From contig NC_043026.1 in NCBI RefSeq assembly GCF_006345805.1, positions 7,006,001-7,070,000 on the forward strand: a DNA stretch of 64,000 bases. Direction: 5' to 3'. The DNA is from Octopus sinensis (Eukaryota). The notes below the pieces were generated by a model. It saw nothing but the letters and a program-made list of their open reading frames with translations, was not told where the DNA came from and searched no databases. Positions 1-13,140 of the stretch are shown here, piece by piece; position 1 is the first letter of the stretch, and every line of letters begins with the position of its first letter. The position numbers and the translations under genes are program-made.

Positions 1-136
1 CTTTCAGTTTCCATCTACCAAATTCACTCACAAGGCTTTGGTCAGCCTGAGGCTTTAGTAAAAGACACTTGCCCAAGGTGCCACGCAGTGGGACTGAACC
101 TGGAACCACGTGGTTGGGAAGCAAGCTTCTTACTAC
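1..136 (-). mobile_element. tRNA-derived SINE family A, 5' half
   Basis: Reverse complement of the head shared by many copies in the window (gtggtaagaagcttgcttcccaaccac...ggttcagtcccactgcgtggcaccttgggcaagtgtctt). Confidence 0.8.
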
Positions 137-479
137 AGTCTTGTCTGTGCATATATATATATATATAATGATACACAAAGTCAGGGTAGTCACAGCTGGA
201 ATGTCTTGATCCTGTGTGGACCTGATGTGGTCTGACTAAGGGTTAAAGAACATCAACCACAAAGAACCCTTACATTCACTTTCCTCTGTCGCCCCTCCCG
301 TCATCACTCCAGCTGGTCTCATCCCTTTCACCTTTCTCTTCTCTCTCTCTCTCTCCTTCCACCCCTGACATACACCACACCCTTATACTGCCTGCCCCCC
401 CCCCTACCCCATTTGGTTTTTCTCTTTCTTTCCTAAGGTAATAAATAATATATTGCTATATTGAGACAGGGTGGGTGGG

Positions 480-1090
480 TCTGATATCGGACAGATGGAC
501 GGACGGACAGGGACACACCATGGAGAGAAAGAGGGGAGAAAGAGAGAGAGAGACAGACAGATGAACACACACACACACAGACGGATAGATGGATGGTCAG
601 ACGGACAGAGAGATGCCAGAGAGAGAGGTGAGGAGAGAGAAAGAGAGAAGGGTGGACAGACAAACAGACAGGGATATGCCCTCCACACACACACACACAC
701 ACGGATGGACTGACAGACAGGGACATGCAATAGACACACAGACAGACACAGATGGATGGACAAACTAACACATATATGCTACAGAGAGAGAGAGAGAGAC
801 AGACAGATGGATGGACAGACGGACAGACAGGGACATGCTACACACACACAACACAGACAGAAGGGTGGCTGGGTGGACAACACACACAGAAGGGTGGCTG
901 GGTAGACGGACAGACAGACAATGTCTGCACGGCTGCAATGCAAACAAGGAACCTGATAAATCAATTATATTTGACATCACCACCACCACCACCACCACCA
1001 CCACCACAACTAACCCTCATCACCATCACCACCATCACCACCACCCTCAACAAGCACGGCTACAACCATCACCATCACAAACACCCCCAC
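480..1090. repeat. Compound simple repeats (GACA/GATG/CA/GA, then CAC/CAT)
   Basis: Directly visible; source of the low-complexity ORFs at 404-1156. Confidence 0.9.
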
Positions 1091-1320
1091 CTCCTTCTCC
1101 TCCACCCTTGCCATGCTGAAGCAGAGAAGCAAAGCAACAACTGCGGATGTCGATGACCATTAACCTACCCCCTACTCCCCACCCCACCAGCATCCCTCCT
1201 GAAATTACATCACCAACACCCTCAGCACCTGCAGCAACAGGAAGTAATTGTTGAAAGTGAGCTGAGAAAACCAATACTGTAATGACAACAACAACAACAA
1301 CAACAACAACACTGAGCTGA

Positions 1321-2010
1321 GGTAGATCTCTATTAGGTAGAAATAGCAGCCAAATCCTCCTCAGATCACACCCTACTGTCTTATCTATGTATATATGTAT
1401 GTATGAGCCAATGAGGGAAACCTCTACATGGTAGCTAGATCTGGTAGAAATAGCAGCCAAATCTCCCTCAAATCACACCCTACTGTCTTATCTATGTATA
1501 TATGTATGTATGAGCCAATGAGCGAGACCTCTACATGGTAGCTAGATCTGGTAGAAATAGCAGCCAAATCTCCCTCAAATTACACCTTACTCTCTATTCT
1601 ATGTATATATGTATGTATGAGCCAATGAAGGAGACCTCTACATGGTAACTAGATCTGGTAGAAATAGCAGCCAAATCTCCCTCAAATTACACCCTGCCAC
1701 TGGACTGGCTCCTGTGCAGGTGGCACATAAAAAGCACCATTTGGGGATGGCCGTTGCCAGTACTGCCTGACTGACCCTCGTACCAGTGGCATGTAAAAGC
1801 ACCCACTACAATCTCAGGGTGGGTTGTGTTAGGAAGGGCATCCAGCTGGGTGCAGCCATCTGGTTCACCAGACCTCAGTCAAATTGTCCAACCCATGCTA
1901 GCATGGAAAGCGGACGTTAAAGTGATGATGATGATGTCTTATGTATGTATATATGTATGTATGAGCCAATGAGGGAGACCACTACATGGTAACTAGATCT
2001 GGTAGATATA
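1321..2010 (+). repeat. 107-bp tandem array (about 4.5 units) interrupted by a SINE
   Basis: ggtagaaatagcagcc recurs at 1336, 1443, 1550 and 1657; the array resumes at 1937. Confidence 0.9.
1696..1936 (+). mobile_element. SINE/non-autonomous retroelement family C with (GAT)n tail
   Basis: aggaagggcatccagc core and catgctagcatggaaagcggacgttaaa(gat)n tail seen in many copies; RTE partnership inferred from the tail. Confidence 0.8.
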
Positions 2011-2030
2011 GTACATGCACACACACACAG

Positions 2031-2240
2031 ATGCCATCATTTAATATCCACTTTTCCATGCTTGCATGGGTTTGACAGTTTGAGGCAGATTTTCAGTGAC
2101 TGGATGCCTTGCCTGTCACCAATCCTCACCTGTTTCCAAGCAAGGTGATATTTCCCCTTGACCAAACATGTTCTCACAGAATATCAGAAATGACTGACAC
2201 TGCTTGTTCAACAGCGACACTTGTTCACAACTATCACAAA
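2031..2240 (-). mobile_element. Family C variant
   Basis: Reverse of the tail plus the ggatgccttgcctgtcaccaatcc core. Confidence 0.6.
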
Positions 2241-2837
2241 ATATCAAGACAAAGAGAGAGACACACAGACACACAAAGGGTTACCAATTTGCATCCACTA
2301 AATCCACTCATACACGATGTTCTTCTATCAAATTCACTCGCAGTCTGGAGCTGCAAATGGAGACACTCCTTGATGAAGTTGCCATGCTCTGGGACTGAAC
2401 ACAAAACATTGTAATTGCAAAACAAGCTTCTTAACCACACATCTGGACTTGCTTTAATTTAATTATTCAAATTAATTCTGTAGGAAGAGTTTTTTCTGTT
2501 TGCTTAAGGATTTTCTTTTTTTGTTAAACAAACTAAAACCGTTTTTATAACAAGTAGAAAAACAAGATATAATTGGATAAAATAAAATGCAAACAAATTT
2601 TTTTGACAGATTTTTTGGAAAGATTGGGGGGGGGGGATGAAAAATTTCAAGAAATATTTTGAAGATGGGTTTTTTTGTTTGTTTCAGGAAACTTTTTTTA
2701 AAGGTTTTTAAATTAGATGAAAGATAGAAAACAAAAAAAAGAAATATTTAGAAGAAAAATAGGATTTAAATTGTTTGAAATAAAACAAATTAGAAAAATA
2801 AATATTATGTTTCCTTTGAACTTCTGTAATCAGAGAA

Positions 2838-2856
2838 TATGAAAGAGAGAGAGAGA

Positions 2857-2900
<44 letters not shown>

Positions 2901-2981
2901 TGGAGAGAGAGAGATGGAGAGAGAGAGATGAGAGAGAGAGAGAGAGGGAGATGGAGAGAGAGAGAGAGATGGAGAGAGATG

Positions 2982-3017
<36 letters not shown>

Positions 3018-3325
3018 ATGGAGAGAGATGGAGAGAGAGAGAGAGATGGAGAGAGAGAGAGATGGAGAGAGAGAGAGATGGATGGAGAGAGAGATAGAGA
3101 GATGGAGAGAGAGATAGAGAGAAAGAGATGGCGAGAGAGATGGAGAGAGAGAGGAGATGGAGAGAGAGAGAGATGGAGAGAGATGGAGAGAGAGAGAGAG
3201 AAAGAGATGGCGAGAGAGATGGAGAGAGAGAGAGAGAAAGAGATGGCGAGAGAGATGGAGAGAGAGAGAGAAAGAGATGGCGAGAGAGAGATGGAGAGAC
3301 AAAGAAAAACAGAGAGAGAGAGAGA
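2838..3325. repeat. (GA)n/GAGAT polypurine array
   Basis: Directly visible. Confidence 0.95.
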
Positions 3326-3969
3326 AAATACATGTGTGTGTGTGTGTGTTTGTATGAATTAAGCATATTTTAATGTAATTGAAACGGTCATTATTGATCT
3401 CTCGCTCCCTCTTCCGTCTCCTGGAGAAGCAGTCTGTCCATGGTTTCTCAACCTGCTAGAAACAACAGCCAGATCACTTCAAATTGCCAACCCCCCACCA
3501 CCACCTTCAAGAAGATCACAAGGGACAACATAGACCCATTGACTGTCCACTTTTGAACTCTTGACCGCACCAACACTGCGACAAGCAGAATACTAACCCC
3601 TATTCTTTTACCTGTTTATCCTTGGACAGTGGCCCTGCTGGAGCACTGTCTCATGCACAGTTACAATCAAACAATATGGAACCCAAGTATTTTTTAAGGT
3701 CTGGCACTTTATCGATCTCTTTTGTCAAGCTGCTAGGTTACAGGGATGTAAACAAACCAACACCAGTCGTCAAACAGTAAGGAAAGGAACAAATGACAGG
3801 CAAACACACACAGACACAATAATAATAATAATGATGATGATATGCACATGTGCACACACACACGAGCTTCCACACAGTCTCCCCACCACCTTCCACCAGC
3901 AAATTCACTCATTTCAAATATATTCCTTCAAAGAACACATGTATATTCGCCTCCTGTTTCTCTTAATAA

Positions 3970-4185
3970 TAATAATCCTTTCTGCTATAGGCACAAGGCC
4001 TGAAATTTGGGGAGAGGGGGTTTGTTGACTACATCAACCCCCAGTATGTAACTGGTACTTATTCCATCAATCTTGAAAGGATGAAAGGCAAAGTCAACCC
4101 TGGCGAAATTTGAACTCAGAATGTAAATACAGATGAAATGCCACAAGGAATTTCACCCCGTTGTATTAACGATTCCGTCAGCACA
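3970..4185 (-). mobile_element. SINE family B, short (ATT)n-tail form
   Basis: Core gatgaaaggcaaagtc..gaatttgaactcaga and aataataatcctttc tail. Confidence 0.8.
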
Positions 4186-4214
4186 CCACCCTCATATAAC
4201 AAAACTAATAAGTG

Positions 4215-4554
4215 GGGGGGGGGTCATCATAGCCATATGTTGAGAGGGATTCTTTGGGGTTTGAATAGTTCACCTCTGGAAACACGGGTAGTTCGTTCAA
4301 CAACCTTAAACAACCCTTATTCAGGGACCTTTTGAGTGGGATGGGTTACTTGACCTGAAGAAAATTCTAACTGGGGCCCCCACCTGCAAGGTCATGTGCT
4401 GTTTATATTGATATGAGATCAACATATCACGCACATATGGTTGTGATGCATGTGCCTGGTGTACCCTTATCTGACGGGTAGTCATGATGGGTATATTGGG
4501 CTTCGTATATTTTACCCCAGTGTCACTTTGATGGCATGCACTGCTCTCTCACTC

Positions 4555-4598
<44 letters not shown>

Positions 4599-4600
4599 TA
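4215..4600 (+). mobile_element. Probable 3' end of a non-LTR retroelement ending in (AAT)n
   Basis: GC-richer segment ending abruptly in ctcactc(aat)n; family not identified. Confidence 0.4.
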
Positions 4601-4627
4601 ATAAAAATAATAACAACAACAATAACC

Positions 4628-4828
4628 TTTTCTAGTACAAGCACAAGAGTTGAAATTCTGGGGAAGTGGGGTGTTAGTTGAGTATGTCAACCCCCAGTAC
4701 ACACCTGGTACTTATTTCATTAACCTCTACCAACGTATGAAAGGCAACAAGAAAAGACATTTAAACTCAGAAGAAATCTATTAAGCATTATGTCTGATGA
4801 GCCAAAGATTCTGCCAGCTTAGCACCTT
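4628..4828 (-). mobile_element. SINE family B, decayed
   Basis: Same core as other B copies. Confidence 0.65.
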
Positions 4829-5072
4829 AACGACAACAACAACAACAGTATTTCTGACTTAGGAAGAAGGTTAGAGGAGGAGGAGGAGGAGGAGGAAGGG
4901 GAGGAGGCAGGCAATCAAAACAACCCACAGTACTTGACGGCCTTTCACATTATCAGGGTTAACAAAATATAACAGCAAATCTACTGTTGGTGGGATTTGA
5001 ACCCAGAATGTAGAGCAATGAAATTAAATACATTCTGACAAATATTCCAAACAACCTCACTCGCATATGAGC

Positions 5073-5162
<90 letters not shown>

Positions 5163-5443
5163 AACAAGGTAGTCATCCAACATTCTGATAGAATAAGTGT
5201 TAGGCTTAGAAAGTATAAGTCCTGGGATCGATTTGCTCAACTAAAGGCGGTGCTCTAGCATGGCCACAGTCAAATGACAAATGTGTAAAGAATAAAAAGT
5301 GAGTGTATGTGTGTATGTATATATATGCATACACACCCACCCATATACACATTTTATGCATGAATATATATATATATATATATATAGACATTTATATACA
5401 TATTTTTTTATGAGTGGAAATATGCACATATGTGCATATGTGC

Positions 5444-5507
<64 letters not shown>

Positions 5508-5779
5508 CACACACAAAGAGTATTTCTTTTAAACTTAACAGGAAGAAGAAAAACCAAGAAAAAAAAAGGCGGGCACAGAAAATATTCAATTACTGAGGAT
5601 TCTAGTCAAGCCTCTTAAGTGGTGGTGGTGACGAAGATGGTGTTAATTTATGATGGTGGTGGTGGTGGTGAGGGTGGCTGTTGTGGTTTTGGTGTAATAT
5701 TTATTAGAACTATAAAAGATGGTGTTTAATGTAATACTCGACAAGGAATGGGGGTAGAGGGTAGTGGTGGAGGTGATGG

Positions 5780-6330
5780 TGCAGACGAAGGGGAGAGAGT
5801 TGGAGAGGGCGAGAGGGAGGGAGAAGCAGAGCTGGAGAGAGAGAGAGAGAGAGAGAGAGTTAGAACAAGACAGACAGAGAGACAGTTGGAAAGACAAACT
5901 TGGAAGAGAGAGAGAGAGACAGACAGACAGAGTTGGAAGAGAGAGACAGAGTTGAAAGAGAGAGAGGCAGGGTTGGAAGAGAGAGAGAGACAGAGTTAGG
6001 AGAGAGAGAGAGAGAGAGAGAGAGACATAGACAGTGTTGGTAGAGAGAGAGAAAACAGTTCAAAGAGCGAGTATGAGAGAGAAAAATGTTGAGTGTGAGG
6101 GGAAGAGAGAGAAAGAATGTTGAGTGTGTTGAGAGAGAGAGAGAGAGGTGTGAATGTCAGGAAGAGGTGAAGGTAGAGCTATAAGTGGAGTGAGAAGGAC
6201 AGAAAGAGAAGATGTTGGAGAGAGAGAGAGAGAGACTGTATGAGAAGTATCAACGACAAGAGAGAAGGATGAGTGGGGAGAAGCAGGGCAGCTGGACAGA
6301 GAGAAGAGTGAGAGGCCAGAGGTGTAAAGC
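5780..6330. repeat. Purine-rich GA/GACA low-complexity tract
   Basis: Directly visible. Confidence 0.85.
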
Positions 6331-6494
6331 CAGCTAAAAACAGGATGTTGCTTAAATAAGGAAAAAAAAAAAGTGCAAACTGAAAGACACTTTCTTCTCC
6401 CCCCCCCACCTATGCTCTCTTTTGTCTTTTTCTTCTCTCTCTCTCTCTCTCTCTCTTGCTCTCCCCTCGCTTCCTCGCCTCTCGTTCTCTCTCT

Positions 6495-7285
6495 CTCTGC
6501 CAGCCATTTGCTCTCCTCTCTCCATCGCCCTCTCTCTGTCTGCCACCAGTTGCTCTCCTCTCTCCTCATCGCCCTCTCCTCTGTCTGCCAGCCAGTTGCT
6601 CTCTCTCTCGCCATCGCCCTCTCTCTGTCTCCAGCCAGTTGCTCTCCTCTCTCATCGCCCTCTCTCTGTCTGCCAGCCAGTTGCTCTCCTCTCTCCATCG
6701 CCCTCTCTCTGTCTGCCAGCCAGTTGCTCTCCTCTCTCCATCGCCCTCTCTCTGTCTGCCAGCCAGTTGCTCTCCTCTCTCCATCGCCCTCTCTCTGTCT
6801 GCCAGCCAGTTGCTCTCCTCTCTCCATCGCCCTCTCTCTGTCTGCCAGCCAGTTGCTCTCCTCTCTCCATCGCCCTCTCTCTGTCTGCCAGCCAGTTGCC
6901 TCTCCGCGCTCCTCTCTCCATCGCCCTCTCTCTGTCTGCAGCCAGTTGCTCTCCTCTCTCCATCGCCCTCTCTCTGTTCTGCCAGCCTCTCCGCCAATTC
7001 CTCCCTCTCTCCATCGCCCTCTCTCTGTCTGCCAGCCAGTTGCCTCTCCTCTCTCCATCGCCCTCTCTCTGTCTGCCAGCCATTGCTCTCCTCTCTCTCT
7101 CCATCGCCCTCTCTCTGTCTGCCAGCCAGTTGCTCTCCTCTCTCCATCGCCCTCTCTCTGTCTGCCAGCCAGTTGCTCTCCTCTCTCCATCGCCCTCTCT
7201 CTGTCTGCCAGCCAGTTGCTCTCCTCTCTCCATCGCCCTCTCTCTGTCTGCCAGCCAGTTGCTCTCCTCTCTCCATCACCCTCTC
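6495..7285. repeat. 43-bp minisatellite, about 18 units
   Basis: Unit ctctctccatcgccctctctctgtctgccagccagttgctctc; period checked at 6721/6764. Confidence 0.95.
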
Positions 7286-7492
7286 TCTTATACAGATCAC
7301 ACCGAAACACAGAGGAGAGATACACACACAGAAATACATACATACACAGACATATACCATGTTTCAGTGTGTTTAAGGAAAGCCCCTAATCTTTGGGGCT
7401 TAAAATTTGGGAAAGAGGTTTTGTAAGGGATTACAATACTCTCCATGTATAAGAAACAAAAAAAGGTTCCTTATACACATTAAAATATGGTA

Positions 7493-8646
7493 TACCTATT
7501 TCTTTACTACCCACAAGGGGCTAAACACAGAGGGGCCAAACAAGGACAGACAAACAGATTAAGTCGATTACATCGACCCCAGTGCATAACTGGTACTTAT
7601 TTAATCGACCCTGAAAGGATGAAAGGCAAAGTCGACCTCGGCGGAATTTGAACTCAGAACATAGCAGCAGATGAAATACCTATTTCTTTACTACCCACAA
7701 GGGGCTAAACACAGAGGGGCCAAACAAGGACAGACAAATGGATTAAGTCGATTACATCGACCCCAGTGCATAACTGGTACTTATTTAATCGACCCTGAAA
7801 GGATGAAAGGCAAAGTCGACCTCGGCGGAATTTGAACTCAGAACATAGCAGCAGATGAAATACCTATTTCTTTACTACCCACAAGGGGCTAAACACAGAG
7901 GGGGCAAAACAAGGACAGACAAATGGATTAAGTTGATTATATCGACACCAGTGCATAACTGGTACTTATTTATCGCCCTGAAAGGATGAAAGGCAAAGTC
8001 GACCTCGGCGGAATTTGAACTCAGAACATAGCAGCAGATGAATACCTATTTCTTTACTACCCACAAGGGGCTAAACACAGAGGGGCCAAACAAGGACAGA
8101 CAAATGGATTAAGTTGATTATATCGACACCAGTGCATAACTGGTACTTATTTAATCGACCCTGAAAATGATGAAAGGCAAAGTCGACCTCGGCGGAATTT
8201 GAACTCAGAACATAGCAGCAGATGAAATACCTATTTCTTTACTACCCACAAGGGGCTAAACACAGAGGGGCCAAACAAGGACAGACAAATGGATTAAGTT
8301 GATTATATCGACACCAGTGCATAACTGGTACTTATTTAATCGACCCTGAAAGGATGAAAGGCAAAGTCGACCTCGGCGGAATTTGAACTCAGAACATAGC
8401 AGCAGATGAAATACCTATTTCTTTACTACCCACAAGGGGCTAAACACAGAGGGGCAAAACAAGGACAGACAAATGGATTAAGTCGATTACATCAACCCCA
8501 GTGCGTAACTGGTACTTATTTAATCGACCCTGAAAGGATGAAAGGCAAAGTCGACCTCGGCGGAATTTGAACTCAGAACATAGCGACAGACAAAATACTG
8601 CTTAGCATTTCTCCCGACGTGCTAACAATTCTGCCAGCTCGCCGCC
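7493..8646 (-). mobile_element. SINE family B with six tandem ~184-bp body units, one head and one TSD
   Basis: Units start at 7493, 7677, 7861, 8043, 8228 and 8412; head ends at 8646; ttaaaatatggtatacc at 7480-7496 and 8647-8663. Confidence 0.92.
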
Positions 8647-8784
8647 TTAAAATATGGTATACCACCCCAGAAACAAATATATACACACACAGAAACGCAC
8701 ACATATAAATACATAGGTACACATACACATACAAGCAGAAACATATAAAAAAAGAAAACAAACATGTCCAGTTACGATCACCGT

Positions 8785-9000
8785 CATTTGACGTCCTCAG
8801 TCCATGCAGGCAGGAGTTGGATGGTTTGACAGGAGCTGGGAAGCCAGATGACGGCACCATGCGCCACTGTCGGATTTGACATGGTTTTTACGGCTGAATG
8901 CCTTTCTTATTGTCAACCGATTTACAGAGTGGACAGGGGTGATTTTAATGTGACACCAGCAACGGTGGGGGTCACTAGGTAAGTGGCAAGGCAAAAATTC
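8785..9000 (-). mobile_element. Family C copy
   Basis: ggatggtttgacagg...tttttacggctgaatgcc. Confidence 0.65.
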
Positions 9001-9149
9001 TTCAACTGAGGAAGGGAACAGGTATTGAAAGAGATGGCTTCGAGTGAGGTGTTGGGAGGTTCAAGTCTGAACAGAGGAACAGAAATGGTAACGTACAGAA
9101 ATGTGAATCATGAGGAGAGCAGCTTTGTGCTTGGGTATAAGGGGTTAAA

Positions 9150-9460
9150 TTATGAAAGAAGCGGTCAGAGAAAAGCAGGATTCTTGCTGTAAAGGAAGTT
9201 CTTCACAACTCACATTTCAGAGAAAATGGGAATGATTGCGTGAGGCTGGAAAGAGATAAAAAAGAGGTAATGGAATGTCATGATAGACATTCAATGAACG
9301 AGATGATAGAAGTGAAAGGAGCCCGAAAATCAGGTATTTGATCAGGTGGAGTTTAGAAGAGTGTATGCAGAAGGAGAGATTGGAATGGCGACGAGAGGAA
9401 AAGTAGGTGACAACTGTAGTGATTGGGTAGAGTTGAAAAACAAACGAATTGAATGAAGGA
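9150..9460 (-). mobile_element. Possible ancient CR1/L2-group LINE 3' remnant
   Basis: Only faint resemblance to LINE ORF2 C-terminal coding; no intact frame. Confidence 0.25.
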
Positions 9461-9655
9461 TAATGTATGAGTGATAACGAATGTTACATGGCTTGGAAGG
9501 TTAGGGTAAGAGATTTGTAACGATGCAAGTAAAAAAAACTTAAAATACTCTGAGTATTATAGAAGTATAAAACCAAGTTATTGCATCTAAATTTAACAAA
9601 ATCTTAAATGATTTCTTAAGGGTCACATGGACCCCTGGTTGAAAATCGGTTTCAG

Positions 9656-9866
9656 CCCCTTAGCATTCAGATTATTCAGTTAATTACAATGCTTATTTAT
9701 TCACGTTGTTTTGAATTAATCATGCATTATTTCATAGCTTCAAGATTTGTTTTTAGAATGACATTGTAGGATAGGTGTGAGGGGCCAGACCCAGCCAATT
9801 TGAACATTAAAAAAGTAGAATATATTGGGCCCCGATTAGGGCCCGTTTGAATGCTAAAAGGTTAAA
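9656..9866 (-). mobile_element. TTAA-flanked MITE (piggyBac-like), family 1
   Basis: ccc.ttagcatt ... aatgctaaaaggttaa termini; homologous to 18734-18955, 31089-31220 and 46378-46560. Confidence 0.7.
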
Positions 9867-9934
9867 ATCTCCTCCATCAGCTGGTACAAGGCTGTCGGCT
9901 CCCTCTGCAGTCGAGAGATCTTGTCCTGTAAGTT

Positions 9935-10130
9935 TTTTGGTGACCCCACCAGTGCTGGTGCCATGTAAAAAAGCTCCCTCTCCACTCTGTAAAGTGGTTG
10001 GCATCACGAAGGAACATCCAGCCATAGAAACCATGCCAGAGCAGACAGCAGAGATTGGCGCAGTCTACAGAACTACCAGCCCTGGGTCAAACCACCCAAC
10101 ACATGTCAGCATGGAAATCGGACGTTGACT
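9935..10130 (+). mobile_element. Family C copy
   Basis: gtggttggcatcacgaaggaacatccagcc...catggaaatcggacgtt. Confidence 0.65.
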
Positions 10131-10344
10131 GCACAGCCATCACCATCACCACTACTGCCAAAACCACCACCATTATCCGTCATTACCAAACACACACACC
10201 ACCACCACCACCACCACCACCATCTACCACAGGCATTGCCATGACTACCACCACCACCACCTAATCACACGAGAATGAAATGATTAGTCTGGTGTTTATG
10301 TAGTCCAGTTGGTTAATAGTATGTGCAACTGGTAAGATGAGACA

Positions 10345-11344
10345 GACACCGACAGCACACACACACACACACACACACTGGCAGGCATATACACACAGAC
10401 ACACCGAGGCATATACACACACACACACACTGGCAGGCAGGTACACACACACACACACCGAGGCATATACACACACACTGGCAGGCAGGCAGGTACACAT
10501 ACACACACACTGAGGCATACACACACACACACACCGAGGCATACACACACACACACACACCGAGGCATACACACACACACACTGGCAGGCAGGTACACAC
10601 ACACAACCGAGGCATATACACAGACACACTGAGGCATATACACACACACACACACTGGCAGGCAGGTATACACACACACACACACACACCGAGGCATACA
10701 CACACACACTGGCAGGCAGGCAGGTACACACACACACACACACTGAGGCATACACACACACACCGAGGCATACACACACACACACACACACCGAGGCATA
10801 CACACACACACTGGCAGGCAGGTATACACACACACACACACCGAGGCATACACACACACACACACACACCACACACACACTGGCAGGCATATACACACAC
10901 ACACACACACGAGGCATATACACACACACACACTGGCAGGCAGGTATACACACACACACAACACACCGAGGCATATACACACACACTGGCAGGCAGGCAG
11001 GTACACATACACACACACTGAGGCATACACACACACACACACCGAGGCATACACACACACACACACAACCGAGGCATACACACACACACACTGGCAGGCA
11101 GGTACACACACACACACCGAGGCATATACACAGACACACTGAGGCATATACACACACACACACACTGGCAGGCAGGTACACACATACACACACCGAGGCA
11201 TATACACACACACTGGCAGGCAGGCAGGTACACACACACACACACTGAGGCATACACACACACACCGAGGCATACACACACACACACACCGAGGCATACA
11301 CACACACACTGGCAGGCAGGTATACACACACACACACACCGAGG

Positions 11345-11383
<39 letters not shown>

Positions 11384-11400
11384 TGAGGTATATACAGACA
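10345..11400. repeat. (CA)n-based satellite with higher-order structure
   Basis: Motifs ccgaggcata, ctgaggcata and ctggcagg(cagg)nta recur in order between CA runs. Confidence 0.9.
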
Positions 11401-11549
11401 GACACTCACACTCGCACCAGAAGCCATGTCCGCAGACAAGAGAGACGCACAGACAGGCTGACCTGCTCACAGAAATGTCCCAGAAGAGATAAGGAACCAT
11501 CGAAGAATTTACATGGAATTTCTGACTCCTCAACAACACATTGGGCTTA

Positions 11550-12245
11550 CACGTACACACACACACATCCAGTGAGAAACACACACACACATGCACACAC
11601 ACAGAACTTACAACAGCTTGCACTCATCACACCATTACCACACACACACACATACGTATATATACACACGTATGCATATATACACACAAATACACGCATA
11701 TATGTACACACGTAAATATATATTTACACACACGCTCGCATATATATACATATATATATACATACACACGTATATCCACACACAGGTTATACACTGAACA
11801 TTGTCTATACACAACCAGGATATATAAACACATCTGCAGAAAGACACGACTGTAACAGAATGAGCTGAGGGAGAGGAAGGGGGGAGGAGAGAGACAGAGG
11901 GTTAGAAAGAGGAATGAGAGAGAGAGAGGGGGTATAAAGAATCAAGGAGAGAGGGAGAGAGAGAATGAGAGGGGGATGAGAGAATGAGATACAGAAGGAA
12001 GGAGAGAGGGAAAGAGAAAAGAGAGACAACAGAGTAAACAGATTATATATACACACACACACACACACACACAATATATATACATACACACACACACAAA
12101 CACATACATATATATACATACACACACAAACACACACATATATATATATATACATACGCACATATATATATATATATACATACACACAAACACATACATA
12201 TATATACATACACACAAACACATACATATATATACATACACACAA

Positions 12246-12280
<35 letters not shown>

Positions 12281-13017
12281 CCGATTCAGACAAAGAGGGA
12301 GAGAACATGCATTAGACTCTACACACACACAGTGACCCAATACATACAGCAGATTGAATTTAAACTTATATACACACACGCGCGCACTTACATTTTAAAC
12401 AGCCTGTTTATACACGCACGTATACACCCATCCACAGGGACACACAGACATACTTGTATCACATAAATACACAGTAAGACTATATATACTCCTACATATA
12501 CGCATGGTGTACATTACACACATATACACACACTCAGACTATATATACCCACATACTATAATGCATGTATATTATATATACATGCTGAATACTCTTGCTA
12601 TAAATATACATACACACACATATATATATACATACACACACACACACACATATATATATACACACACACACACATATATATATACATACACACACACACA
12701 TATACATACACACACACACACACACATATATATACACACACACACATATATACATACACACACACACATATATACATACACACACACACATATATACATA
12801 CACACACACACATACATACACACACACACATACATACATACACACACATACATACACACACATACATACATACACACACACACACATACATACATACACA
12901 CACACACATATATACATACATACACACACACACACAGATGTAGCCTATATATATATATATATAATATATATATATATATATAATATATATATATATACAC
13001 ATACACACACAAAATGT

Positions 13018-13059
<42 letters not shown>

Positions 13060-13140
13060 CATACTTGCAGAAAATGTAGACTATATATATACTCTGATGT
13101 AGACGTATGTACACACACACACACATACACGCACGTACAT
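11550..13140. repeat. Compound CA/TA/GA microsatellite field
   Basis: Directly visible. Confidence 0.9.

Noticed and set aside
7493-8646. CRISPR-like or tRNA gene array
   Set aside because: No unique spacers; the units are SINE bodies.
11410-11550. Possible exon between microsatellites
   Set aside because: Open frames on both strands but no recognisable product or convincing splice pair.
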